64,000 nucleotides of DNA from Tubulanus polymorphus (Eukaryota; Animalia; Nemertea): NCBI RefSeq assembly GCF_964204645.1, contig NC_134034.1, positions 7,638,962-7,702,961 of the forward strand. The letters run 5' to 3'. Of the stretch, positions 53,461 to 64,000 are shown piece by piece. The position numbers and the translations under genes were made by a program. Below the pieces are notes generated by a model that saw only the letters and a list, made by a program, of their open reading frames with translations, was not told the origin of the DNA and did no database searches. Each line of letters begins with the position of its first letter. The first letter of the stretch is position 1.

Positions 53461-55416
53461 GCTTGACAATGGCCAGGCGTGTAGATTTAATTGGAATTGA
53501 TTTGGGTGTAACTTGAATCGTCCCTGGGACAGTAACCCGGGGTAATTGGGCAGAGTGCGAGGGAAGTCCACCAGTAGATGAAGGAGTCTGACGAACCATG
53601 TCTGAGTCGGCCAACAGGGAGCCACTAAGACGACTTGACAGTTGACTGCCCCCTCTATCTTCTCCAACACTCAATTGAGTAGGGGAGTGGGGGAAAGGCA
53701 TAAGCTAGCAGGTTGTCCCAACTCAGAGATAGAGCGTCCACCCCCACGCCAAGTCGTCTTGAAATGGGGACACAAACACCGGACACCTCGTGTTGAAGCG
53801 AGTGGCAAACAGGTCCACGTTCGGACTTCCCATCAGGGCCCGGACTTGATTGGCTACCCTGACTGCCAATGTCCACTCGGTGGCTACTGGCTTGTCTTGT
53901 CGGCCACCACATTCAGGCTGCCGGCCAGGTGGGATACCGAAAGAATCATCCCTTGAGCCTGGACCCAGGTCAGAATCTGAGCTGCTAAGTTGGATAATGT
54001 TGGGGACCTGGTCCCCCCCTGGTTGAGCAAATAAGCCTTTACTGTGGAGTTGTCCGTTGACAGCCACACATGATGACCCGCTAACCTCCTTTTGAAGTGT
54101 TTGAAGGCCTTTTGAACCGCTAACAGTTCCAGGTGATTTATGTGGAGATGAGCTTCTGCTCGAGACCAGTTCCCAGCTTTCTGAAAACCTTCTACATGTG
54201 CTCCCCAGCCCTGATGGCTGGCATCCGTGAATAGATGAATCGGGGCCTTCAATGGTGCTAGGGAGGTGCCTCTTGTCAAGTTCTGCGCGAGAGTCCACCA
54301 CTCGAGGTCGGGGATTAGGTTCACCGCTGGTACCGGCAATAAGGTATCCCACTCTTCCCCTGCCAATCTCCAAGCTTGCTTCCAGAATCTTTGAAGAGAA
54401 CGGCTGTGTAAACGACCGAGCGGAACTACGAGTGCAACGGAACTCATCTCGCCCAAAACCTGGGACCAGGACCGAGCCGATCTAGGCGCCCCCGTTAGGA
54501 GACCGAGAACTGCCTCCCTCAGCTTCTGAACTCTGGCCTGTGCTGGTCTGACTAAAGCCTGCGTCAGGTCGAAGTGCATACCTAGGTACGTGAACCTTTG
54601 AGAGGGGGTCAACTGGGACTTCTCTAAATTCACAATGAAACCTAATTGACGGATCAAGGCCAGTGTCTTGTCTAAGGCTTCCTTGCACTCTGCTTTCGAA
54701 TTTGCCACAACCAGCCAATCGTCCAGGTAACAGAAAATGCGAACTCTCTTCGACTGAAGGTGTTTCTGAACCCTTTTGACAAGTTTGGTGTAGACCCAAG
54801 GGGCTGAACTCAGGCCGAAGGGCAGAGACCGAAATTGGTATGTTCTTCCCCTCCAATGAACTCTTAAATACTTTCTTGAGTTCCTGTGTATTGGTACTTG
54901 TAGGTATGCATCCTTCAGATCTATGGATGCCGCCCAATGGCCTGGCTCCAGCCCCTGAATCACCTCCTTGGGTGTTGTTAGCTTGAATTTTGGGGCTATG
55001 ATATAACGATTTAGAGCTGACAGATCTATTACCGTCCTTAAGCCCCCAGATGATTTTGGGACGGTGAAAATTCTTGAATACCATCCCGGGTATCCTAGAG
55101 GGATTTCTTCCAGCGATCTTTTTAAAATCATCTCGTTGATCGCTGGCATAACGTGGGACTCCTGCCCCCACTTTGGCCTCATTTCCACCGGCTGATGAGA
55201 TAGATGCGGTTTGTGAACGAATTTCAGTCAGTATCCTTTGGAAACAATCTTTGTAGCCCAAGTGTCGCCAAATTTTGCTAGCCAGTGGGAAGAAGCGTCT
55301 TGAAGGCAAGAGCCCACTGGTCTGACATCTTCAACGGGTACCTGTGTTGGCGCGGCCACGAAAGGGTCGATTGAAGCCCCTACGTAATCTAGCCCTACCC
55401 CTTTGGGGATTGTCAC
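53305..55416 (-). pseudogene. DIRS pol: reverse transcriptase, RNase H and methyltransferase-like domain, disrupted
   Basis: IDLKDAY, LPFGLSSAP, YLDDW, FTDAS..GWG, HINHLEL, TDNST, NVVAD, VDLFAT, AYAFPP, VAPCWPTQTWF. Confidence 0.93.
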
Positions 55417-57150
55417 TGAAAGAACTTTGAGAATAACTGATATAGTTCAAATTGTTATTGTTGTCGCTTTGAGCTCCCTTGGAGCTTGTCCAACCCGCTT
55501 TTTTGTAGCTTAATTTGCTGTTGACTTGAGATTGATTGTATCCGGGCCGATTTGCCGGTGAGTTTCTGTAAGTAGAGTTGCCGGCGTAATAACTAGGCTT
55601 TTTTGGTGTCTTCCATGACTGCCTACCGGCCTTAGCCTGAGATTCTCTGATCTTGGTGGCCTCCGCATCGGCGGATGCGCAGCATCCAGAGAAAACCCGT
55701 GAGGAATTGCCCAGCAGTGCTCTGTATAGAGCTACTTTCACCGGTTCTGGAAGTTTGGAGTCGGCCAACAAGCTATATCTATATATATTGATCAAGGCTA
55801 GGTTAGCCTGGATCCTTATACCCAAAGGTACTTGGTGACACAACGCCTTGGCCATAGACTGTAGAATTCTTTCTATTGTCGCCACGTGTTCGGACATTGT
55901 CTCTGGATCCGGATTATCCTGGACTAGTTGAGACTTTACTTTTTCTAACTCGCCGTGCATGGCAACCAGTGAAATGTCTTGGAAAGACGCGATTTGACAA
56001 ATGCTACGAGCTAATTGGTTCAACGCTCCCATTGCTTGTTTTGGTAAAGTGTAGGTGGGCGGTGGTTTTTTGGGTAGTCCTATCGTGGTTGACCCATCGG
56101 AGTCTAACTCAAAGTGTGGTTTGAATCCGGGATCATCAGCACCTGGTGTGGCGTAATAATAAGTCTTGTACCCCGATATGGGCGGATACAACGGAGAGTA
56201 AAATTTAGAATCCTTCATGCCTGCCTCTAATGGAGGATAAGACCAAGTATTGTCTGTACGCTTACCACCCCACAGTGTCGTGTCCAAAGTCTCACGCCAT
56301 TCTTCTCTATATGCAGAATGAGGTGCTAAAACTAACTCTTCGGTGTCATCGGATGGACTGAAGATTTTGGCGGCCGACCCTCTAGGCAGGGTTGGTTTAG
56401 GTTTGGCCTTGGCACCTCCGTATCGGGAGAAAACTTTTTTTACTAAGTCCTTGATTGGAATGTCTCCCATCTCTTCCATTGTGGATGGTGACGGAGAGCA
56501 CAATCTGTGCATGTCTCCGTCCCTGGATAGACCAGGATCTTCTGGATCATGAGATTTTTCCTCGTCAGAAAAATCATTGACATCATCCAACACTAACCCA
56601 TCTGTTGGGTTGCAGGACAGCCCTGTTGGCACTGATGGAGGCTTGGGGCCCGGGGGTTCCTTACCTTTTAGCTGTTCCTTAAGGGAAGCGATCTCCTGCG
56701 AGAATATCGCTAGCATATTCTTGATGTCACTAGAGTCAGACGGCTTATCAGCCGGTGATCTAGGACGTGAGCGACGACGTTGTTGCTTATGAGCACGCTG
56801 CGCCTACGACTGGTAGGTGACGGAGAATAGGTTCGACTTACTCTAGAACGGGACCTAGAACGAGACCTTGACCCAGAGATGGGGTCAGACGGTGAACGAC
56901 GTCGTTTTTTATTAGAGCGCTGGTGCCTACGTCTAGTAGGAGATGAAGAGTCGGACCGACTAAATCTTGATCGGGACCTGGACCTAGACACGGATCGTCC
57001 CGGATCATTGCCCTGTTTCCGAGTATCTGGGCATTCAGGTGTATCAACCTTGCCCGATGAGGACGCTGGGGTCTTAGTAGGTGTATCAACCTTGCCCCAA
57101 CGTTTAAATCTCGGTCCCCTAGGGGAACTGGAGACGTCGTGATCCGACAT
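55331..57150 (-). pseudogene. DIRS ORF1 (gag-like) with SR-rich N-terminus, one frameshift
   Basis: Long ORFs directly upstream of pol, with an RS-repeat N-terminus and RG-rich C-terminus. The call rests on position. Confidence 0.7.
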
Positions 57151-57774
57151 GTTAAACCCTAAAATAAGCTGAAATGAAGGGTTAATTATTGATACGATTT
57201 TTAGTACAGATTATTAATTTCGTGAATGATGAGACAGAAATCAATTACGTTGAATGATAATTTTTAAATATATACGGCGGGAGGAGCCGCTAAGAAAACA
57301 GCACGGCGCTCCCGCGAAACCGGAAGTAGAAAACCGGTGGCAAAATGTTGAAATGCGCATAGATTAAAAACGATCTCACCCGAGGTTCGACTTCTATTCC
57401 GAGATCAATCACTCTTATGTCTGTTTCTTATATCAATTAGAACGGATGTCCGATCCAACACGAAGAATTTTAACCGATTTACGAGCACTGCCGAAACACG
57501 TTCTCTAGAGAACAAGCGCCAAGCAAAAAGATGATGGCGTCTCACCAGATGGCGCTATGTTACGGCGCCCCTACCAAAAGTCGATTCGGGTGTTATCTGC
57601 CTAGCCAAAAGCAATATGGCTATAGTGTATTTTCCCAGGGAATGCATTCGAAGTAAATACAAGATAGCCGGGCTCCAACGATTGCTAACGTAAGGGCATA
57701 AAAATGACGGGTTCAATTGATGACACTTAATGCCATCTTTAATTACTTAAGATTAGTTCTCAGCGTTGATCAAA

Positions 57775-58895
57775 ATTACAATTTTTGGAACTAAAATTTG
57801 TATTTCCGAGTAGTACTTACCCTTTCCTATGGTTTTTGCCAATATTTTCTAAATTTGGATTTATCGCCAATGGTTTTTCTATACGACCCGGCCCTGCGGT
57901 ATTGCATTTAGCCACCGGCGAAATCCGCCATCTTTTTACGTCATAGCAGACCAAAAAAAAAACAGCTATGCGGGGCAGGTGGGTGGGATTCCCACCATAG
58001 GAAAGGGTAAGTACTACTCGGAAATACAAATTTTAGTTCCAAAAATTGTAATATTTCCGTCGAGTACTGTACCCTTTCCTATGGTTTTTGCTAGACTAGC
58101 CTAGCACAAGGATGGTGGGAAGGTAGATAGAAAAACCACCGCTCAAACGCAAGGTAAGAGGGAAAAAGAGAGCACTTACCCAAGCACGGAATGGAGCACT
58201 GTAGCACAGGGAAGACCGGTTGGCCACAGTGAGTCCGTCCAGCTCAGGGGCCCCCCCCCAGAATTTTGCGAAATTAATACTTGCAGATATGAGCCCAAAC
58301 TATGTACAAGGATACACCCCCTGTGATCCTGATAATGCAACATAAATATTCTACACTAAAGGGTCCGATCGGAAAGAACGGACACCTTGAGCCATGACAA
58401 CAGGACCAAGTGAAGCTAATGAGCCTAACTGGCCTGAAACATCCCGTAAATAAAATGACGTGAATGTCGACGGTGAATTCCAAAAGGCGGCCCGACAGAC
58501 TTCCTCCAACGGAGCGACCGAAAAGGCTGCGGATGAGAAACGACTCCCTCCGAGGAAAGATTCTCCTTCAATAAAATGTCCTTGATCATTGAAGAGACCC
58601 ATCGGGCTACTGTGTCCCGCGAAATATCCCCCTTTAGGTGATCCAGCAGCGGAATAAATAACCGCTCCCGTGAACCCCTCCGTGAAGCAGAGTGATCTAA
58701 ATAGAAACACAACGCCCGCACAGGACATAAAGTCCTGTCCGGGATGCCTGGTTCCACTCGATGTTTTAGGGCTTCAATTCGCCATTGACGCCCAACCGAG
58801 CCTGGTCGTTGGTTCTTTGCCAAAAATTCCAAAGCAGGCCGCAGCAAAACAAATTCATTCGCTGGCCCAAAGACAATATGACCTTGTCGGACTGC
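57775..58895 (-). mobile_element. 3' part of a second DIRS element: YR C-terminus, ICR and right terminal repeat
   Basis: YR fragment (LCPVRAL, ISRDT.ARW, AFW.SPSTF.SFYL.DV). 58-bp perfect inverted repeat 57775-57832 / 57995-58052 plus a degenerate direct copy at 58052-58090. Confidence 0.85.
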
Positions 58896-61800
58896 GCGCA
58901 AAAAAGAGTCTTGATAATCGGTGACTCTAATACCAAGTATATAAATGAGAAACGCTTTGTAAAAGATAGCTGTTCAGTAGAGAAATTCAAGGCTTTCACC
59001 ATTTCTGAAGCTATGGAAGTTAAAAAAAATGTCGCTGAACAGTCACCTGCGTGCGTTGTGCTCCATGTCGGCACAAAAGACATAAGAAATTCAGGAAGTG
59101 CAGATTCTTGCATTGGTAAAATGATTAATCTCGTGAATTGCGTTAATGAATGATTTCCTGGTGTTTAAATTGTGATTTTGCTGTTACCGTACCGCTTTGA
59201 CCAAACATACCTCAATAACCAAAGTCGCTTGTCTAATGCTACGATAGAAGTGCTCGCCGCAAACGATAAAGCAACAACCGTGTGTCGTCATGATAACCTG
59301 AACAGCCGTAGATTCTATAGAGACGCGATCCACATTAATGATTGGGATGGTATAAAAATGTTAGCCAGAAACCTGTGCTCCGCTGTTCGAAAACAATCAG
59401 GACTATTTACCAGACACTATCAATAATCACGCGTAGAGTCTGTCATTCAAAAATGCTCAATATCTGTTCTTGGAACATTCAGGGTCTCCTGAATAAATTC
59501 TCTAACAAACTAAACCAAAATCTCCGAAACCACTCTTTGTCGCGGTCTGTTATATCAGCCCAAGTAATTCTTCTTTTGGCTCCAAGAACACAGAGGAAAC
59601 CTTTCAATTACTTGAAAATGGGATCCAAAAATACTTCCACCAAGGAGATGTACTGCTACTAGGTGATTTTAATTCGAGAATCGGAAATATGAATGAAACC
59701 CACCAGATAGACCTCAAAGATAGTATGTACATTCCTAGTTTAATGACTAATGCCAATTCAGTTCATATCCCAGACCGCAAATGTAAAGATAAGAATGTTA
59801 AAAAATCTGGGAGGCGATAACTTGATATATGTGAATCGAATAATTTATGCATCCTGAATGGAAGAACTACTGGTGACCATTTTGGCGAATATACGTGTCA
59901 CCAGTGGAATGGTAGTAGCACAGTTGACTTTGCAATTACTGATTACAACATGTATCGAAATATCAAGTATTTTCATGTACATAAGGATTTTTTGACGCCT
60001 TATAAAACGTTACCATTATGAAACCTAAACAATGCTAACCATTCAGCGTCATTTTACAAACGACAGCCGTAAATCGATGTGCAAAACGTCACAGGTTTAT
60101 GTGTACACAAACAAGCTATCTGGCAAAATATTATTGACATAGATGTAGAATGGCTTCCTGTGATTATATAATGACCTATATTTGAACGTCGAAATGTTAT
60201 ATTGCATTGAATATCATTAGAAGACGTATTGTAATAGCAAAGGATGTATGATTATATCAGAAGCGGCAGGCATAAATAGAAATGAGAAGTAAATCGGATT
60301 ATTCGGTTAAATGGGGGATGTATACACGATGCGGAAGTCTGATATAAAAGTCAGACCGTGACGTGGGCATGCTGGTGGAATGACGAAGCTATCTACGATG
60401 TGTGTAGGGCTGGCGTGAATTTCATCAGCGGCTACAAGCGGTCAATATGAAAATGTGTAAACATATAATTTCAATATTCAATCGTTTGTGAAAATATGTT
60501 TGATATTAGGAGTATGCAAGTTTCGTGAGATTAGCAATTTATAATAGCATAGCTGTCATATACGGCTCCGTGTCCTCTGATGGCATGTGTATTAGGTGAA
60601 AATTCAATTCAATTCTTTATTGATCCTTATTACATTGAAATTCCGGGATAAAATTCCCAAATTCAATAAATACAAATTTTAAAATAAATTAATACAACAT
60701 ACATGACACACGGGTAATTCATACAGAACAACATAAGCATGTTATTTTAAATGACAATGTCTACTTCAACCCACCCAGACTCAAGACTCTAGGATATCGA
60801 GTGACAGCCAAACCCGTGGCCCGGGCCCGGGGACCGGGTCGGCTGGCTAGGCCACACGATATGCTCGAAGTCATGATGAAGCAGACATCAGAAGAGCTCT
60901 TTCTTCATCCATGGAGGCAATGAAGTTGCAGACCAGCTTAGAGGCATAAGTAAATGAAGTCGGTCGCAAGTTCGCGATCAATTATTGAGAATTTTCAATA
61001 AAAAAATTTAAACCACTACTAGAGTGGAAGACCTGTATCATCTACCCAATCGCCAAATCTCATCATTCCCCAAATTTCTTAAAACTTCGATTTCAAATTT
61101 GCAATTCCACATTAGCTTAGCCCAGAAATTCTACATTTTTTTCCCAGGCGTCAAATAATTTTCTAAAATTAATTTTCTTGTTCTGAATTGTCAGACCACT
61201 GTGTGATCGGAGTGGGCTTAGAATACGGGGGTTTATATCCTATACATCAGGACAGTAATAATTCTAGTCTGCCCTCAATGCGGTTAGACGATAAGCAGTT
61301 CTCATACCTCAAGTCACATGAAACGGTAATCGAATGTCTTAATAAACCAGGATTAATGAAAGAATTGGAGAACTTTTGTAGTAACCCTCTGTGGAACGCA
61401 GTAAACCAATAAAATAACAACATTAATACTGAAAATTGTTAAAATCAAAAAGATATACGTATTGTCAGACGAATCTCAATAAACTTTCGGGGTCATGTAG
61501 CTCCTCTAGGGAATACTGGAACATAGTCAAGAATTTAAGTCGTGATGAGAGAATGGATCTACCTGACGAGATAACTAATCCTGATAAGTTCATCGATCAC
61601 TTTTATTAGCTAAAGCAAGCTAAAAACAAGTCAACTGATGAAGCTAATTTGAATGATTCAACGCAAGGTACCCCGAATATCTTTACTGAACTGGACTTCC
61701 CAACTTCTAAAGATGAAGTAGAATGTGCTTTGACTGCCCTGAAGAATGGCAAGTCACCTGGCTTGGATGGGATCACGAACGAATTTTTGAAATATGGAAA

Positions 61801-62220
61801 ACAGTTTTTACTGGCGCCCCTAGTTAAATTATTCAACTTTGTTTACTCAAGTGGCTGCTTTCCAGATGAATGGGCAAAGGGTCTTGTAGTCCCTTTACAT
61901 AAAAAAGGGGATATTAACAACCCAGACAACTACAGGGGCATCACCCTGAGTAGTTGTCTAGGTAAACTATTCAATCTAATTTTAAGTAAGCGACTTCTCG
62001 GAGCCATTCAAGAAAAGGATATCATTGGCAAAAACCAAACAGGCTTCATGCCGATATGTAGAATTAGGGATCATCTATTTACATTAAAAAGATTAATCGA
62101 TAAAAAACTGTCCGCTATTAAGAATTTGTACACTTGCTTTATAGACCTTAAAAAAGCATTTGACTCGGTTTGGCATGATGGCTTACTTTTTAAACTTAGG
62201 AAATTTGACCTGGGGAAATA
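58895..62220 (+). mobile_element. Decayed non-LTR retrotransposon (CR1/L2 group): SGNH esterase ORF1, APE endonuclease and RT ORF2
   Basis: LIIGDS, LHVGTKD, DAIH; ICSWNIQG, GDFNSR, STVDF, SDH; KSPGLDGI, YRGITL, QTGF, FIDLKKAFDSV. Confidence 0.88.
59994..61180 (+). mobile_element. HINE family F, copy 2 (inside the LINE endonuclease)
   Basis: Matches 7965-9133. Excision restores HKDFSELSDHC. Confidence 0.85.
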
Positions 62221-62298
62221 CTTCTCCAACTGCCCAACATTCGAAGTCTTGGCAAGCAAGACCAATTCAGGATTTTGCTTTCTAGTCATCTATTAGCT

Positions 62299-62346
62299 AC
62301 ACACACCCACACCCACACCCACACCCACACCCACACCCACACCCCC
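62299..62346. repeat. (CACACC)n microsatellite
   Basis: Directly visible. Confidence 0.9.
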
Positions 62347-62560
62347 ATTATTTCATAACCAAATTTGAGCACTTATAAACATCAGAATCAAATAATAACC
62401 AAGCTGCACCATTTACACCAAGTACAGAATATATGTGCCAATTAACGGTAAAATCTGTCCACACAAACAGCTTAAATCGTGTCATAAAGAAACATCCACA
62501 GACAGACAGACAGACATGACGACGATGCCATAGATGGGTTCGTCTTACGACGAAACCCAT
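62347..62560 (-). mobile_element. 5' fragment of a family C HINE
   Basis: Homologous to 18663-18957, with a shorter GACA tract. Confidence 0.8.
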
Positions 62561-62639
62561 AGAAAAACTCGAAAATTGCGGCATTTGAGGTGTCCCCCAT
62601 CGATGGTTTAAAAAATAACTTTCATACATATCTCAGTTC

Positions 62640-62960
62640 GTCACCTACAACGGCTGCCATTCGACGACCTTACCCATAAAGTATGGTATTCCCCAGGGAC
62701 TTATTCTAGGTCCACTGTTCACTATACATTAACGATATTGTAAGAACGTCGAACTTTTTTAATTTCATCTTATTTGCAGATGATACAACTTTATCTTACA
62801 GTAAAAAAGATCCCAATATCCTCAAAGCCGTTGTAAACTCGGAACTGAAACTCTTAAGTTAAATGGTTCAAAGCCAACGAATTATTTTTAAATATATATA
62901 AAACTAATTACATTTTTGGTAATTCACCTGTTCCACAAAACTTTGACACCTTCATAGACT
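62640..62960 (+). pseudogene. LINE reverse transcriptase fragment
   Basis: KYGIPQGLILGPLLFTIYINDI...FILFADDT. Confidence 0.8.
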
Positions 62961-63006
62961 CAATTTACTACTCAAAAGACTGGGCTGTAATGAAAAAATA
63001 ACTCAC

Positions 63007-64000
63007 CACTTCTCTTGAATTAACACATTGCAGCTGTAGATGGGAAATACACTCATGAGACAGACCATCATCTCCAGACAAAACCTGGCACTGTTGATGA
63101 AGCAATTCATGTTTTTCCTTAGGCGAAAATTTTGGTGACTGCATTAACAATGGGTGATCATCACTCAGGACACCTACTGTTACTGATTTATCAATGCATT
63201 GAGATTTATCACTATCAGTTTGATTCATATCCTCAATGCATCGACCAGGTAATAACGCTTGGTCCACGTGACTGCCAAGTGAATCAATCTCAGAGACATC
63301 ACTTTCTGCTTCTTCGTCGTAAATGGTTAAATCTTGTTTTCTTTGAAGACAAATTGGACTGACGACTGGAGAGCTTATATTTGTGAATTTAGGTATAACT
63401 GGTGACGAATCTTCTGAGGATCCCAATGACCCATTTAACACCAGACCAGGTATGTTTGATAATTTCGACTGATCAGCACTTTCATTGATCAAACCGCTAC
63501 TCCCAACACAAGAGTTCGTTCCAATCTCATTAATTTCATGCCTTGAAATTGATGCAAAGCTGTGTCTAGGTGGATGTTTGCCCAACCCACTATTCATATG
63601 CGTTGAATGCAAAGCTTGGCTTTCAATGTTACTAATTTTTTCAGTAGTTACACTTACTACTTTCTGTGTATCATAACATATTGGATCATATAATGCAAGC
63701 ACTTCATCTTTAACATCATAAGTCATGTAAGCTGATGAATTTTGATCATTAAAATGCATTAAGTTTGAAGCATCATTATGATGCTCATTTGCAATTGTAT
63801 TTTCATTTCGCTTGTATCGTGTTTCTTGCAAATCAACACTTCCAGCGCTCTTTTCATATGCATCATTTTCATTACCACAATCTGAATCATGTGATTGACT
63901 GAGGAAATGGAGTTCCATCGAATCGGTTGAATCCGTTTTCTTCTGCAGCAAGGGTCGGTTTTCACCAACAACTTTTGCCATTGAAGAATTTGTACTTTGT
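63007..64000 (-). CDS. Large host coding exon, Ser/Asp-rich low-complexity region; open to the window edge
   Basis: More than 330 open codons in AT-rich DNA with no TE motifs, and a phase-0 donor GTG|GTGAGT at 63006. Confidence 0.6.

Larger units (their letters stand above)
51950..57700 (-). mobile_element. DIRS1-like tyrosine-recombinase retrotransposon; ends approximate, 3' ICR not found
   Basis: gag-like, RT-RNaseH-MT and YR ORFs in canonical overlapping order. Confidence 0.9.

Noticed and set aside
54252-57142. Plus-strand ORFs over the DIRS element
   Set aside because: Antisense shadows of GC-richer coding sequence with no motifs.
62299-62346. Telomeric repeat
   Set aside because: The GGGTGT unit is short, interstitial and not the metazoan TTAGGG.

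Overview
AT-rich animal (probably marine invertebrate) genomic DNA made almost entirely of nested mobile elements, likely inside one very large intron of a minus-strand host gene (large exon at 63007-64000, candidate kelch-type exon at 14763-14882). The centrepiece is a complete but decayed 21.2-kb Polinton/Maverick endogenous virus at 17237-38426. It has ~90-bp TIRs with AGT...ACT ends and a 6-bp AACGTT TSD, and encodes a protein-primed PolB, minor and major capsid proteins, a chromodomain integrase, a packaging ATPase and several membrane proteins. Its PolB is split at the catalytic YxD/TD motif by a full-size LAGLIDADG intein (22171-23242), which is the most unusual feature of the window. 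Nearly all Polinton ORFs are preceded by a T-run plus TAAATG motif. Also present: four remnants of related Polintons, a Helitron containing a Zator transposon containing a Helentron-type HINE, many other HINEs, a Penelope-type palindromic insertion with hammerhead ribozyme cores, a MULE-type MITE, one long and one partial DIRS retrotransposon, and a decayed esterase-ORF1 LINE. All calls come from motif recognition and manual alignment; no database searches were run.
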